Below, in pieces: positions 47,246-60,183 of a stretch of 64,000 bases of DNA. The translations under genes and the position numbers were made by a program. The notes under the pieces are model-generated. The model did not search any database and had not been told where the DNA came from. It saw nothing but the letters and a program-made list of their open reading frames with translations. Position 1 is the first letter of the stretch. Each line of letters opens with the position of its first letter. This DNA comes from Amphiscolops sp. MND2022 (lineage: Eukaryota). The DNA lies in assembly GCA_964187785.1 (NCBI GenBank), contig OZ076415.1, forward strand, positions 57,474,001 through 57,538,000, in the 5' to 3' direction.

Positions 47246-48706
47246 TTACTAGAACTTTGATCTGTTACCATGATGCGTTCGCAATACTGGAATTGAACTA
47301 ATCTACCATTGACGTGATGATGAAAACTCCCAAAACAAACCTAGGCTTAGAGAACGAATATAGCCTTGCTAACATTTCTGCCTTAGACCCCAGCCAGCTA
47401 GTTTTTTCCAGACTTCTATTGTCCCATTTTGTTGCCAATTCAGGTAGCAGCGAGGCATTGCTTTTTTGAGACAAAGCGAACGACGCTAGGTGTTAATTCG
47501 TACGCTGAGAGCCTCGTCTGCAATCAAAAACAAAAGCGAAACGCAATGTGCGCTTAATTGTACTTTTTTATCAAGTAAGAGTAAAAGATTCGTCCAACAT
47601 ATCTGTTCATAATTGTGGATTCAGAAGGAGAAAAACTTGAAGATTGATTGTTTTGATTTTAATGTTTATAATCAAAGGCGGTGTAAATCAGAATGGTAAT
47701 AATTATGAAAAATCAAAAGCGGTTTAAACGTGTCCAGTGGTGCAACTTCAATTCGTCGAACATTCAAATCGTCGAAAAATGAAAATCTATTCAATGCGTC
47801 GAAAGAATTCCATATCAGCGATTATTTTCCATTGGCTATATTTTGTGGCGATTAGCTTTGTTGTATGGCTCATTCGCTTCTCTCCCTTCGCCAAGTAGCA
47901 ATATTGAGGAATGACCATATGGCACGTCGCTCCGCTTCGCTTCGCTCCTGCATTTAGGGCACTAGGAGTATGTGAACATAGCTGACTACGTTATCGTAAT
48001 TCTAAATGCTCGAATTTGATTGGCCGAAATCAATTCATTCCATTACGTCATACCATGCTCGCTAAATTAATACACGTTCGACGAATTGAAGAGTCCCCCT
48101 GTCCAGTGATTAAATGTGCGCTATGTAATGAATTAAGAGGAGAGCATAGTTATTTTAGATACTATTTTTAAAATTTGAAGTTAATGGAGAATCCTAATTG
48201 AGAAATATGACTGAACCCCGCACAGGCGTTTTTTGTTAATTCTAGTTGCTTAAAATGTGACTATTCACTTTGGAAGCAATATCTGTTAAATTGTTCGGTT
48301 ACCGGAACGTTAAAGGGGATAACGTACACTAGTGGTGGTATCAGGCTTAAATGTCTTTCAACCTACATTAAAATCTCGTAAAAGTGGAAATCTACGTTAA
48401 AATCTAAGCGAAAATCTCATAGTTCACCCCAACACTAAACAGGAGAGGTACTTAAGGCCCCGCCAAGAGCCGCAAACTGGATGAGTAGGCACTCCAAAAC
48501 TCCCAAATTATAGAATCGCGATTAATTAAATTCGCATTCCTATATTGCCCTAAACGCTAGAGCGAAGAGGAGTGATGGGCTTGCTTCGATGAAGGCCAAC
48601 TTGGGATTGCGCGAAGCCTCTCGTAAAGAAGGCAGTCATACAACTAATGTTTTTATTTCATCAATTTCCCATCTTTCCTATCCACTGAAAGTATTTCGAT
48701 ATTAAG

Positions 48707-49592
48707 TTTTTAGTTGGCGCTTTCCGTAGAAAACAGACTATAGCACTGGCTTTTTTGAGACCAATGAAGTGACAGATTTTATAAGCTTTATAAGCTGTAA
48801 CGTATACCGGATGTAACGTTCCTTGGATAATTTTTCAAAGCTTTAAAAGGTGCTAATGAGTCCTCTTCGACAATAACACAACCTATACCGGATTTAGCGC
48901 AAACCGGATACAACGTATACCGAATATAACGTTTTTCGGATAATTTTTCAATGTTACAAAAGGGTCCCCCTTTGGATTTTTTTGGCGCAAACCGGATATA
49001 ACTAATTCCGGATATAACGTATACCGGGTATAACGACACAGCCCATACCGGATTTAACGCAAACCGGATATAACGAATTCTGGATATAACGTATACCGAA
49101 TATAACGTTTTTCGGAGAATTTTCAATGTTACAAAAGCGTCCATTTTTGGATTTTTTGGCGCAAACCGGATATAACGAATTCCGGATATTACGTATACCG
49201 GATATAGCGTTTCTTGTTTTTTAGACCGGCGATTTTTCGGAACTATGCGGAACTTTCTTTCTAATTTGTTTTTACTGAAGCCCCCTTTAAGTTTTCCGAG
49301 CATAGAGGACTCCTCAGGGTTTTTGGCACTATGCGACTTACCGGAGACATTTTTTGGAAAAATTTCGAAATTTGCCTCAATTTTTTGTTTGGTGTTTTCT
49401 GCTGCACAAGATGGTTTTTTGCTGTTTCCACTTGGGGAAAAATAGTTTTAGAGCCTTTTGCATATCCCTTCGGGTTTTTTTGGCACTGCAAAATTGATGA
49501 AATTCCAACATGGGTGTTCTTTTGCATATTGAAAAAACTTTTACTTTTTTGAACTTCCAGCGGGCGCCGACTTGGGCCGTTCCCGACTTGTT
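48707..49592 (-). mobile_element. HINE-family element with an internal CCGGATATAACG micro-repeat expansion (48790-49210)
   Basis: TTTTAGTTGGCGC and GGCGCCGACTTGGGCCGTTCCCGACTTGTT termini, with many tandem CCG(G/A)AT(A/T)TAACG motifs inside. Confidence 0.75.
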
Positions 49593-50129
49593 AGTAATTG
49601 CATGCTTAGTTTAAACTCTTAGTTTGCTTCAAGAAACAGATTAATCTTAGATTCAATACGAGTATGTTTTCTTTCAACAATTTCTGCAGCATTTCGAATC
49701 TCTGCAGCTAATGAGTCACCCTCCTATTGATCATAGTTTCTTGGGATGAACTCCTTCCCCAGTGAGCAAACATGAAATAATGTGTTCGAATGACTTTTTT
49801 CAAATTGAACCATATTAATAACTTTTCTGCTTTCCTGGTATAACCAATCTAACAGAAAAAAATCGCGGAGTATTAGATTTTTTGACGTTGTTTTCCAATT
49901 TTATCATGTTTATCATGAACAAGGTTGGTGTCGAATCTAACTATGACTAGTTTTGAAGTTTTGTATTTCTTCAAAATGATTAGATTAGCGCAGTTATCTG
50001 AAATTACAAAAATAATATTTTAATGCGCCATATCCGTAATATTGACGTCCTGTGAGAATTACTTTCGAAGAACAAGGCAGGGGTTCGATTCTAACCAGTT
50101 TAAAACTATTTTTAGTCGGCGCATTCCGT

Positions 50130-50672
50130 AAACAAGCCGGGACCGGCCCAAGTTGGCGCCATATCTAAGGCTCAAAAATAGCAAAAGGACTTCAAAGTGT
50201 CAATTATTCTCTTCTACAGTGCCCGCGTGAGGAAAAAATTCAATAAAAATCAGATTTTTTTGAATTTTTTCGATATTTTTTGGTCTCGGGTAAGTCGCAT
50301 AGTGCCGAAAATGTAAAAGGGGGCCTTTGGGAGTTTTTGAACATCCATTCTTTTGCAAAATAGGAAAAAAATGAAGGGGGACCCTTTGGAGACATTTAAA
50401 AAAATTGCGAAAAGTCTCCCCAAGACGAAAAAAACCTGCACAAAAAAAATTTTTGGTCATGGGCGGGACTCGAACCCACGTCCTTCAGCTTGGCAGAGAT
50501 CAAAAACTATCCTAATTAACCTCTATGCTAAGTGGCAGTAGAAGTTACAAGTGTGGCAGTTAGTGGACGCAGCTTATAAAGCTTATGAAATCTGTCACTT
50601 CGTTGGTCTTAAAAAAAAAAGAAAAGTCACTGCTATTGTCTGCGTTTTCTACGAAAAGCGCAGACTAAAAAA
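50130..50672 (+). mobile_element. HINE-family element containing a tRNA-derived head; preceded by an orphan terminus at 50109-50130
   Basis: AAACAAGCCGGGACCGGCCCAAGTTGGCGCC start and GCGCAGACTAAAAA end. Confidence 0.75.
50454..50530 (-). repeat. tRNA-derived (SINE-head-like) segment with Pol III A and B boxes
   Basis: The minus strand reads TAGCATAGAGGTTAA..GTGGGTTCGAGTCCCGCCCATGACCA. Confidence 0.55.
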
Positions 50673-50749
50673 CATGTCCAACTTTTTAGTGGCTAGTCAG
50701 ATGACACAATGTATCCACTTTTTGAACAGATTTTGTTCACGCCACTTAC

Positions 50750-50815
50750 TTGGGCAAGTGGTTAGCGTGAGTGGCAAGGAAGAAGTTCTTAGGCTCGAAT
50801 CCCGCGCCGATCTTG
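50750..50815 (+). repeat. tRNA-derived fragment
   Basis: GGGCAAGTGGTTAGCG..GGCTCGAATCCCGC resembles A and B boxes. Confidence 0.4.
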
Positions 50816-51059
50816 AAATTTTCATTTTTAGCAGGCCAAACATAATGGCTCCCTTTAGATAATTTCGCAAAGTGAGATTTACCAGAATTTTTAAATGCCA
50901 CCCCTGAGCATAATTGAAAGATTTAGAGCACTTTTAGACGTCCAATCGGTGGAGTTGTTCAAGTTGCCCATTAAAGTTTCTGAATGAACTTTTTGACAGT
51001 AATTGCTTGCAAAACGGTGACAATAAGCGACTCGGAATACCGCTATAATTTTCTACACT

Positions 51060-54000
51060 TTCTGACGTAGCTTTTCGTTCAACTGTTTAGTAGGTACAGT
51101 TGGTGTCTTTTATTGGTGTCAATCATTCTGGAAATATTACCTCACTTCGTCGTCTGGGTAAATCATTGCCTAAGGGCAGTAATGAGCGCCGAAAATGCCG
51201 CCCCATTATTGTCACTTCCTCCAACCCTCTGTTTATGGAAACGTGTTTTGCTCGAAGTCATAAACTTCAAAACTACGATGATCCCGTTTACATTAAAAAA
51301 CTGTTATCACCTGATGATCGGGCACTTGAAAAGAAAATTCTTGCAAAACGTTACGATATGATTGCTAACCAAGGCAAAGATAAATCTCAATTTAAAATCA
51401 AGAAACTGCAACTCTTCTACCAAGGTGAAAAGGTTGAAGTTGAAAGTGCATGACTGGATAAGGTAAATCGTCTTATACTGAACTGCCAATCGATTTGTTC
51501 TCTTGATAAACGACAAGCGTTACTTTCACTGGTGTTTACTGAAAATATTTCCCTAATGTTCCTTACTGAAACCTGGCTTACATCCGATATACCCGAAACA
51601 GAAATCTTCCTCGGTAATAACTTCAAAGTTGTCAACAGAAATGAAAGGGAATCAGGTGAACATGGTGGACTCTTAACTGCATCCTCTTTATCATTGTTTC
51701 ACAAAATTGTGAATTTATCTATTAAGCGATATTACTTTTCAGGCGGCTGCGTTATTATTGACGATCACTGTCTGAATTGTTTTATTGCTATTTACAATCC
51801 GCAAACGCCTAAATTTCAAGTTGCTTTGCCTACTCTGTCTAATTGCTTGCATGAATACTATAAATTTTTCACCTCCTTTCGAGAAAAACGTGGTACTAAT
51901 ATCCCATATGTAATTTACGTTGTTGGTGATTTTAACCTTCCTAAGATTAATTGGATTAACCTATCTTCTAGTCAGTCTACTGACATGGAATTTTTGGATC
52001 TGGTTGCCGATCTTGGACTGAATCAATTTATAACTGTACCTACTCATATTAAGGGAAACACTCTTGACCTCCTTTTTTCCACATGTGACGAACTCTGCTA
52101 TTCAGTTTACAATAATCGATTTTCTGATCATTACCCCGTTCTTTTTCAAGTTGAACAATCTAATATTTGGGAGCCCTCTACCTGTTCTATCTCTAAAAGC
52201 GCAATTATACCTGACATATTTTCGCAGCATCTCGACCCTCTGTACAATCTGTTCACCAGCTACTCTACTCAGAATCCTGATTTCATTTCTTCTTGGTATG
52301 GGCTTATTAAAAATGCGGTATCTCTATCAATTGCTACAAAACGATCACGTCGAATCAATGCTCCCTTCTATTTTTCATCTCATACAATGCATCTCATTAA
52401 TCAAAGCCGGACAAACAACAGAAAAATGTCACGTCATCCCTTCAACTCTGCCCTTGCAAACAAGCAAAAGTTTTTGTCCCAGGAGATAAATGATTCAATT
52501 GAACTTGATAAGCTTTGTTTTGCTGACAAACTAAATTTGGACTCGCCGAATAGTTGCTTTAAACTTATTCGTTCTCTTAAAAACGGTAGTCATATACCGT
52601 CGATTATGAAATTCAATGATGTTTCAGCCTCTACAGACTACGAAAAAGCCAACTTATTCAACAAATTTTTCGGGTCTACATTCAGCCCTAAATCACTTTA
52701 TGCTCAAAACCAATTAGGCACCCAATCACTTTGCCTTAATGATGTAAATTTTTCTATAGCTAATGTAGAAGCCCTGTTCGCAAATGTCCGGACAGTAGCT
52801 CAATAGGTTGCGACGAATTACCATCCTTTGTTCTAAACAATTGCTTCAATTTACTTGCACCAGCTGTTATAGAATTATTTCATTATATTTTTTCAACTAG
52901 AAAATGGCCTGACTGCTGGAAAATTGCTTTTGTTACCCCTCTCCACAAGAGTGGTTCCACAAATGATGTCATGAATTATCGTCCTATTAGCAATCTGCCA
53001 AAACTGTCTTTAGTTTGTGAAAGACTTCTATTTGATTTTATTTATCCTCGGGTGTGTCATTTCATCAAAGCTCGGCAATATGGCTTCATGAAGCATAGAA
53101 ATACTGTTAGCCAACTTGTTTCTTATTTAGACCATGTCTACAAATCAATTGATAACAATACCCCATCTGTTAGCGTCTATTTTGACGTTAAAAAGGCCTT
53201 TGATACTGTTCCTCACCATGTTCTTATTTATAAACTGCAATTATTTGGCTTTGATAACGCATTTATTGAGCTTATCACATCGTATCTCACAAATCGGAAG
53301 CAATATGTAAAGGTTAATGGTATGCTCTCTGATGTAATTGATGTGACTTCTGGGGTTCCTCAAGGTAGCGTACTGGGCCCTCTGTTTTTCGTTATTTTTA
53401 TTAATGACCTTCCCGATGAAGTGAAATATAGTCATTACTTTGTTTTGCGATGATTTCAAATTGCATTCATTATCCATCTCCGAATTCGTTCAATGCGATA
53501 TTAACAGCCTATCATCTTGGTCCGAAGTTAATGGTCAGCATTTCCATCCAACGAAATGTCTCTATTTACCATTTAACTCGGGAGAATACGATCTCGTATT
53601 ACAAGGAACTCCCCTTCAAGAAGCTCAAAATGTGGTCGATCTCGGCCTTACCATAGATAATAATTTAAACTGGGGTCTTCATATTGATCGCCAAATTGCA
53701 AAATGCACACGTGTTCTCAACTTTCTTAGACGAAACTTACCTTTTGGGATATCAATTCAACGCAAAAAGCAATTATATCAGTCCTGCATAATTTCTATTC
53801 TACTATATGCCTCACCATGTTGGTGTGCTTCTATTGAAGGCCTTAGGAAATTGGAAAAATTTAACAGTAGAGCTATGAAATGGGTGTTTCGTTCAAATGA
53901 TTATGTATCCTCTCTTGTATCACTAAAGCTGTTGCCAATTTGTTTCCAGGTTCAACGAATCGACATTTTACTACTATGGAAAATCATCAACATGAGAGTG

Positions 54001-54345
54001 ATTATTCCGCATGATTTCACCTACAAATCCAGCTGTACACGATCTGGCACTCTAAAACTTTTTGAACTCAAACATAACCATAAATTCAAAACGAATGATG
54101 GCTTCTTCCCCCGTTCAAAACGCGCTTCTAATGAACTTATTAGATTAGGTGTTATCAACTTTGAAATGCCTTATTGCCTTTTTGTTAAGCGTCTCGATGC
54201 CTACTTTGAAAATAAACTGCAGTCTTTTAACTTGAATAACTCTTGCTCCTTCTATATAAAATGTTTTTGTAAGACTTGCCGTTCATAACCATTACTATTG
54301 TAATTCCTTAATTGTGAATTGAGTCTTTTAATAATAATAATAATG

Positions 54346-54378
<33 letters not shown>
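51060..54378 (+). mobile_element. CR1/L2-group LINE: ORF1 3' part, ORF2 (APE endonuclease plus RT) with two frameshifts, (AAT)n tail
   Basis: ORF1 has RRLGK..RPIIVT. APE motifs are LNCQS, LTETWL, VGDFNLP, NTLDLLF and FSDHYPV. RT motifs are NYRPISNLP, YFDVKKAFDTVPH, SGVPQGSVLGPLFF and FCDD, and ORF2 ends CFCKTCR. Frameshifts at ~52785 and ~53440. Confidence 0.93.
54330..54378 (+). repeat. (AAT)n microsatellite forming the LINE 3' tail
   Basis: About 16 AAT units with one GAT interruption, ~40 nt after the ORF2 stop. Confidence 0.95.
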
Positions 54379-54379
<1 letters not shown>

Positions 54380-55239
54380 ATTCTCACATGCAATTCAAAA
54401 GGGTTTTCGAAGAGAGCCAAAATTTTTACTTCTGTCATCAAACATTTTCTGACCTCTGATTTTTAGAAACCTCATCTCAACCGTTAACTGAATGCGAAAA
54501 ATATGTAAGTGAACATCACTTAATAACTCACGATCGGCCACATCATGACAAAATTCTGGCAGCTACTGATCTCCGAAGAGACATCATGAAATCTTGAATG
54601 GTGAGAAGCTGCTCAATTATCAATGTTCTTGGACCATCGGAATTGTCTTTGATGGGGCTCTCAATGAAAACAAACACTCTGTGTTTTCTGAATCATTAAT
54701 TTATTAAATTTCTGAACTACTTAATTTTAAGTGTTGAGTTTGTCATATATGAAAATATTTATGAAGAGCAATGAATTGCATGAAAAGGCGAATTGTTTAG
54801 AAATCATCCTCAAACGTAGAAGTGCGACTGCTGAGTGTCTGCAAGTTATGATCTTCTACAATTTGGTCACAGGGGCTCAAACATCGTCGTGAGTGGGCAG
54901 CTGCGTCTTTGAAGAGTGAAGCGGTACCCCCTGAAAATAGAATCCAGCACAGCAATGAACTACGTGTTTCAAACAATCTCATGAAGTTTTTATCCAGTAG
55001 ATTCCGTAGGGTTTCTTGGTTTCCCAGTTTTGAAACAAACTCTAATTTGCTGGCATATCGCCATACTATCGTTCCTTAGCCAATCTAGAAAGTCAATCTA
55101 GGGTATATTTGAGGTTATTCGGGATTGGATTTTCTCCATAAGGTCTCGTGAAACAGTATTCGAATTTCCGAATCATTTTACGGCCGAAGCATGCTTACTT
55201 TTGGAATAAGTCTGTTTTTGGAAAAGCATATTTCCATAT

Positions 55240-55498
55240 TTAAGCAGATATTCTGTTTGAAGTATTTTTGAAGTGTAGTTTGACTTGAAGATGCAAGTGT
55301 TTGTGCTTGCCTGAAGAAGGTGGTTTGGGGGAAGAGGGGTCCAGACTGCTGCAGTCGATGCTCCCCCCAGCGGCGGCGGCGGCGGCGGCAGACTTGGCTA
55401 GACCAGATGACACTGCGGCTGCTGAGGTGGCTGCCATGCCTATCATCAACTGTGTCGCCACTTGTCTCTCCGCCTCTCGCTCCTCCGAGGTTTGCCTC
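55240..55498 (-). CDS. TLX: Tlx homeobox gene, coding exon 5 (last)
   Basis: Acceptor TTTTCAG| continues the homeodomain as RRQTSEEREAERQ (TLX family RRQTAEEREAERQ), followed by poly-Ala and a stop at 55240. Confidence 0.9.
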
Positions 55499-57782
55499 CT
55501 GAAAAGCCAAAAGTGTTGTTCATGAGAGCGCATTTTGTGCCCCAATTGATTATTTCATGATAGCCGCCGTAGTCTCTTTGAATTCCAATCAGGGGGGTGC
55601 TGGGGTGGCGGCTGCTTGCCCCTTTGGAGAGATGCATGGAATGAATTGATGTCACGGCCGATAAAATGAGCCGAGTTTTCCTACTTTCAAATATTCAACT
55701 GGTGCTCTTGTCCGGTGCGCCCCCGGTTTGAAAATCTGCCGACCCGTTGAGAAAATCCTAAAATCGCCCTGATTCGAATGGAATTAAATTCAAGAAGGGA
55801 CTATTAGACCCTGAGCGTAATCATATACGCTACTTTAATGGCTACTCTTAGCATTTGCAAATTTAATTTTGAATATACGTGAAGGAACGATGCCGGTTTG
55901 GCGACGTGAAAAAGGGAGCGGGACAAAACAGTCGATTTTAAAACAAGTTCCATGCATATTGGCTGTAACAGCACTCATTTTGTTCCGTTTTGAAAATCGA
56001 CTGTTTTGTCTCGTTTTGAAAATCGGCTGTTTTGTCTCGTTTTAAAATCAGTTGTTTTGTCCCGCATCCGATGAAAAATCTTCCTTTCATCTTTCCTTTT
56101 GGTAACCATCTTTCCTTTTTCCACCACAAGTTTTTGATTTTTACTTTCTCTGGAAGTTTTTTGTTGAAATCTTGTTTTTGGAGGCTGACTAATTTTGAAG
56201 AAATTAAGCTAAGCTATTAAAATAGAAAATGATTAGTATAATTTAGTTGTTGTTAAATGGTTCTTTGCTGATTTGTTAACAATTAAGTCTTTGTAATCCA
56301 CCAGATCTTGGAGTTTTGTGACTCGCAAGAATTACAAGTAGTTCGTTCAGGTCTTTATTACTTGGTCTTTTGATTGACTTATTTAATCAGTCCTACCGAG
56401 TAATACCAATTTTCACTCTCATTGATAATCGTTTTAATTACCTGCTTAATTAAGATACTTTAATCAGCTGGCTAGATAATACAGAACGAGCTCTTACTTG
56501 CGCGGGCTTTACTTTTAAGCTTCTTTGATTTCACAATGTATTAACATTGATGTTTGTTGTTGTTCTTTGTTCTCAGCCTGCACCATCTTTCATGTGCAGC
56601 AAGTGATGAACAGTTGAGGACATGAAAATTCATGCCATGACACATTTACGTACATGTACCGGTGCATGTTTCGTGAAATTGCATGTGTTGGATGAACTTG
56701 GATCTGAGTTTCACGGGCAACCCGAACAAGGCGGGTCTTAAATACTGCTTTCTGTTACGCAGGAGGGACTAAATCAAATGATCTGAGGACTAGAAAAGCC
56801 TGATTCGGAAAATTGTTATGCAGTGTTCTAATGGTCTTGACGCTTGTCTTCTGAAAGAAGGTCTTCTTGGAAGCCGTAAATCAACCTTTCATTTTCCTCT
56901 TTCTCGGTCTTTCACCTCTTGTTTCATTTTAAAAGACCATGCGTACTGAAACCTAGTTCATGTTGAAAAAACTTTTTATTGAATTGTTTGTGGTTTTTTT
57001 CACTTTTCACTGACCTCGCTTTGACATGTATGGGATGAAATATCTAATTGTTACTATCCTTTTTCCCTTTTTCCTTCATTGTTTTATTGTTGAGATATTC
57101 CAGATCTGATCTATTCAATACTTGAAATTGAAGACACATACGGCCAGGCCAGGCCACATAACGACGCAAATAATAGCTGACTGATCAAGTCTTGAAGTTA
57201 TTAGAAGTGAAGTCTTAAGCTACAAGATTTCGCTGCAGAATCAGGGACTCCGAAAAAATAATTTTTACGGAAATAATGGCCATAAATTATTTAATTTTCA
57301 TCACGAAAATAAAAATTATCTATTCTCAGTTCAGGGAATCGATTTATTTCACATACTTAAAATAAAGATTTTTTTGGCGCAGATAATTCTCATTTGTTGA
57401 GCAAATATCACACTCAAGACACACTATTGCACCTGGAAGCTGAACTGTTCTTATTAATCAATAAAAAATTCCTGGATGCCGAATTGATTTCATGCATAAT
57501 CTAATTTGAGTTTTGCTATTCGAATTGTTTTTGGGAATTTACCATTATTTCCATTATCTATTTTATTTAAAAGTTAGGGAAATAATTTATTTTTGCGAAG
57601 TATTAGGGAAATTATTGATGGCTTTACGTCCATAAAATTCCATTATTTTTACGGAATCCCTGTGCAGAATCCTGAGATAATGTTGTTTGTTTTGACAGTG
57701 GTAGTACTGGGGCATCACAATGAATTAAAGTTGAATGGATTCTAAGGTCTGTCACCCTTTTGAAGGATTCTGGGAATAAACA

Positions 57783-57920
57783 AGCAAGCTGAGAACGGCA
57801 TAAGTCGGCGCCCCGCTTAAAGCTCAAAAAGAGCGAAAGTACTTCAATGAATCTTTTTAAATAAATTCTCAAACTCGCAAGGCCGAAAAGTTTCAAAACC
57901 AAGGTTTTTTTTCCTATTAC
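57783..57920 (+). mobile_element. Old HINE-family fragment in Tlx intron 4
   Basis: CAAGCTGAGAACGGCATAAGTCGGCGCC..GCTCAAAAAGAGC resembles the family terminus. Confidence 0.5.
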
Positions 57921-58532
57921 CAGAAAGATCGAAGAACCAAAGCGAGAACAAAAATTCACTATAATATATTATAGTGAAGTTTCTACTGAATAACAGTGAA
58001 TATATTATAATGAAACTATCGTTTCGTTATATTTCATACAGCGCCGACGAAGAAGTCAACAAATTACTGACTGCAAAAGTTCACGATTGCTCATTAATGT
58101 GATCTGGCGAATGTTCATTCACCATGATTTTTATTGCAGTCTCTTCAATAGACTCTATTGACACTATTCGAGATCACATACTTGATGAGACTTGGAGTAG
58201 TTTTCAAAACCCCCGATCAACAAATGATGAAACTGTAACTTTTTAAGCATGCGTTATCCTGGTTAATTGGGTGCTTCGTTTTAATTCAAAGATTCTTCCG
58301 AAGAAGTTGTTACGTATTCAGGCCACTGGCCTAGTTTCAATAATTGGTGCGATTCCCAATCAAGTAAAGTTGATGAAAATAGAAAAATTACCTTGTTTTT
58401 TCCTAATAGGTATCAAATGATATCATTTCTGTTAATTCTGTTGGTGCCATAAATCTGGAATTTGTGCCAACCAGTTTTTGTAATTTACAATTTTATGACA
58501 ACTCAGTTTCATCTATCCATCTATCTTCAGCC

Positions 58533-59086
58533 TTTTTAGTCGGCGCTTTTGAAGAAAAGTGCCCGACTCTTACAGAGGGTAGTTTTTTTATACGCGTAAG
58601 GTCCACTTTTTTGTTCATTTGTTCAACAACTTGAACTAAGGAGGTTCAAAATACTCGAAACCTCAGAACCTCGTCCAAAACAAAAAAAACGGACGTCCAG
58701 AACCTCGAAAACAATAAGGATCCCCCTTTGGCTATTTTTATTTTGGTGTTTTTCACTTAGTTTTTTCGGCACTTGGGACTTTTTTCGAAAATTTTTGGAT
58801 TGCACCAAAGGGCCCACTTCATATTTAGATAATTTGCTATAGAATGTATGTTAAAAACCCCAAAGGGCCCCCTTTTACTTTTTTCGGCGCTGTGACACTG
58901 TTCAAAAATCTTAGATTATTTTCGAAAATTTTTTTACTGTCTCCAAAGGGTCCCCCTTCATTTTTTCTCATATTTTGCAACGAACTGGAGTTTCAAAAAG
59001 CCCAAAGGGTCCCCCTTTTACAATTTTAAAAACTGCGCTTTTTGAGCCTTAGATATAGTGCCGACTTTGGCTGTTCCCGGCTTGTT
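58533..59086 (-). mobile_element. HINE-family element in Tlx intron 4
   Basis: Both termini present. Confidence 0.75.
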
Positions 59087-59339
59087 ATTCAGCCATATTG
59101 TGCCGATTGCCAAAGAAAATGATACAACGAATATATACATGTGTATGTGCTATATATTCTGAAAAACGAAAGTGGCCGTTTTTCTGTTGATACTATCCGT
59201 TATACTTTTGTTTTTTTTTGCATATCATAGTTCAAGAATCGCTGTTAAATCTCATGTTTTTATTCAAAAAACCACGAATTCGACCGACAATAGGCGAGCA
59301 AAAATAGACAAAAAATTCATCGAATATGGTGAATTGGTT

Positions 59340-59925
59340 ATTAGTCGGCGCTTTTTCCTTTTAAGGAAAAATGCCCGACTCTTACAGTGACCTTTTTAGT
59401 CGGCGCTTTATCCTTCTAAGGAAAAATGCCCGACTATAGCAGTGACCTTTTTTTTCAGACTACAATCCTCACACTGATCGGTCCACTTTTTAGAAACAAT
59501 CCTGAAACCACCAAAGGCCAAGTCCCGCGAAGGCAAACTTAGTCAAAAGTGTCACCGCTTTAATTTTTTACTTTTTCAAGGAAACCTACAAAACGGGACG
59601 CGCCTAAAGGTCCCCTTTGGATTTTTTCGGCACTGTGCGACTTTTTTTCGAAAATTTCTTAATGTCTCAAAAGGGGCCCCTTCGAGTTTTTTGATATTTT
59701 GCAGCAGAATGTATGTTAATAAATCCCAAAGGGCCCCCCTTTTGCATTTTTTGGCACCATGCGACATTTTCCGAAAGAAAAAACCCGAAGTTTTTTTTCG
59801 CAAAAATATTTTTTTGTTCCCAGTTGGGGAGAAAGTGGTTTCCTAGTCTTATCGAGCATGAAATGCACCCTTTGGGTGTCTCGAAACTGTTTTTTGAGCT
59901 TTTCATAAATACGTCCTGGGCATGT
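59340..59925 (-). mobile_element. HINE-family element with a tandemly duplicated hairpin terminus, in Tlx intron 4
   Basis: TTAGTCGGCGC..AAGGAAAAATGCCCGACT..CAGTGACC occurs twice (59340-59393 and 59394-59448). The second copy and following ~100 bp closely match 44482-44600. Confidence 0.72.
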
Positions 59926-60049
59926 TTTTGAATGTTTCTGGAAGTTCTCGAAAACAAATTGAGGGTTATCGAAACTTCTATTGACGCGCACGTTTACAGC
60001 CCTGCTGACATGTTGTTATTGGAATGACAAAATGATTGAATGAATGTAC

Positions 60050-60183
60050 CTCCACTTGGTTCTTCTGTTCTGGAACCAAGTCTTCACCTGGGAGTCTGTC
60101 ATGTTGAGTTTGCTGGCCAGTCCCGCCCTCTCCCCGCTAGCCAGGTACTTCTGTTGGTGGAATCGCTTCTCCAATTCACAAAT
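60050..60183 (-). CDS. TLX: Tlx coding exon 4 (homeodomain residues 13-57)
   Basis: [45 protein letters not shown] with CCAG| and |GTAC borders. Confidence 0.95.

Noticed and set aside
48788-50541. ORFs within HINE copies (e.g. 48788-49303, 49261-49527, 50200-50460; likewise 58844-59029 and 59576-59991)
   Set aside because: Translations of internal nucleotide repeats (KGGP, YPVY motifs) with no domain content.
34150-50815. Functional tRNA genes at 34150, 50454 and 50750
   Set aside because: A/B boxes are present but acceptor and anticodon stems do not form; better explained as SINE-like remnants.
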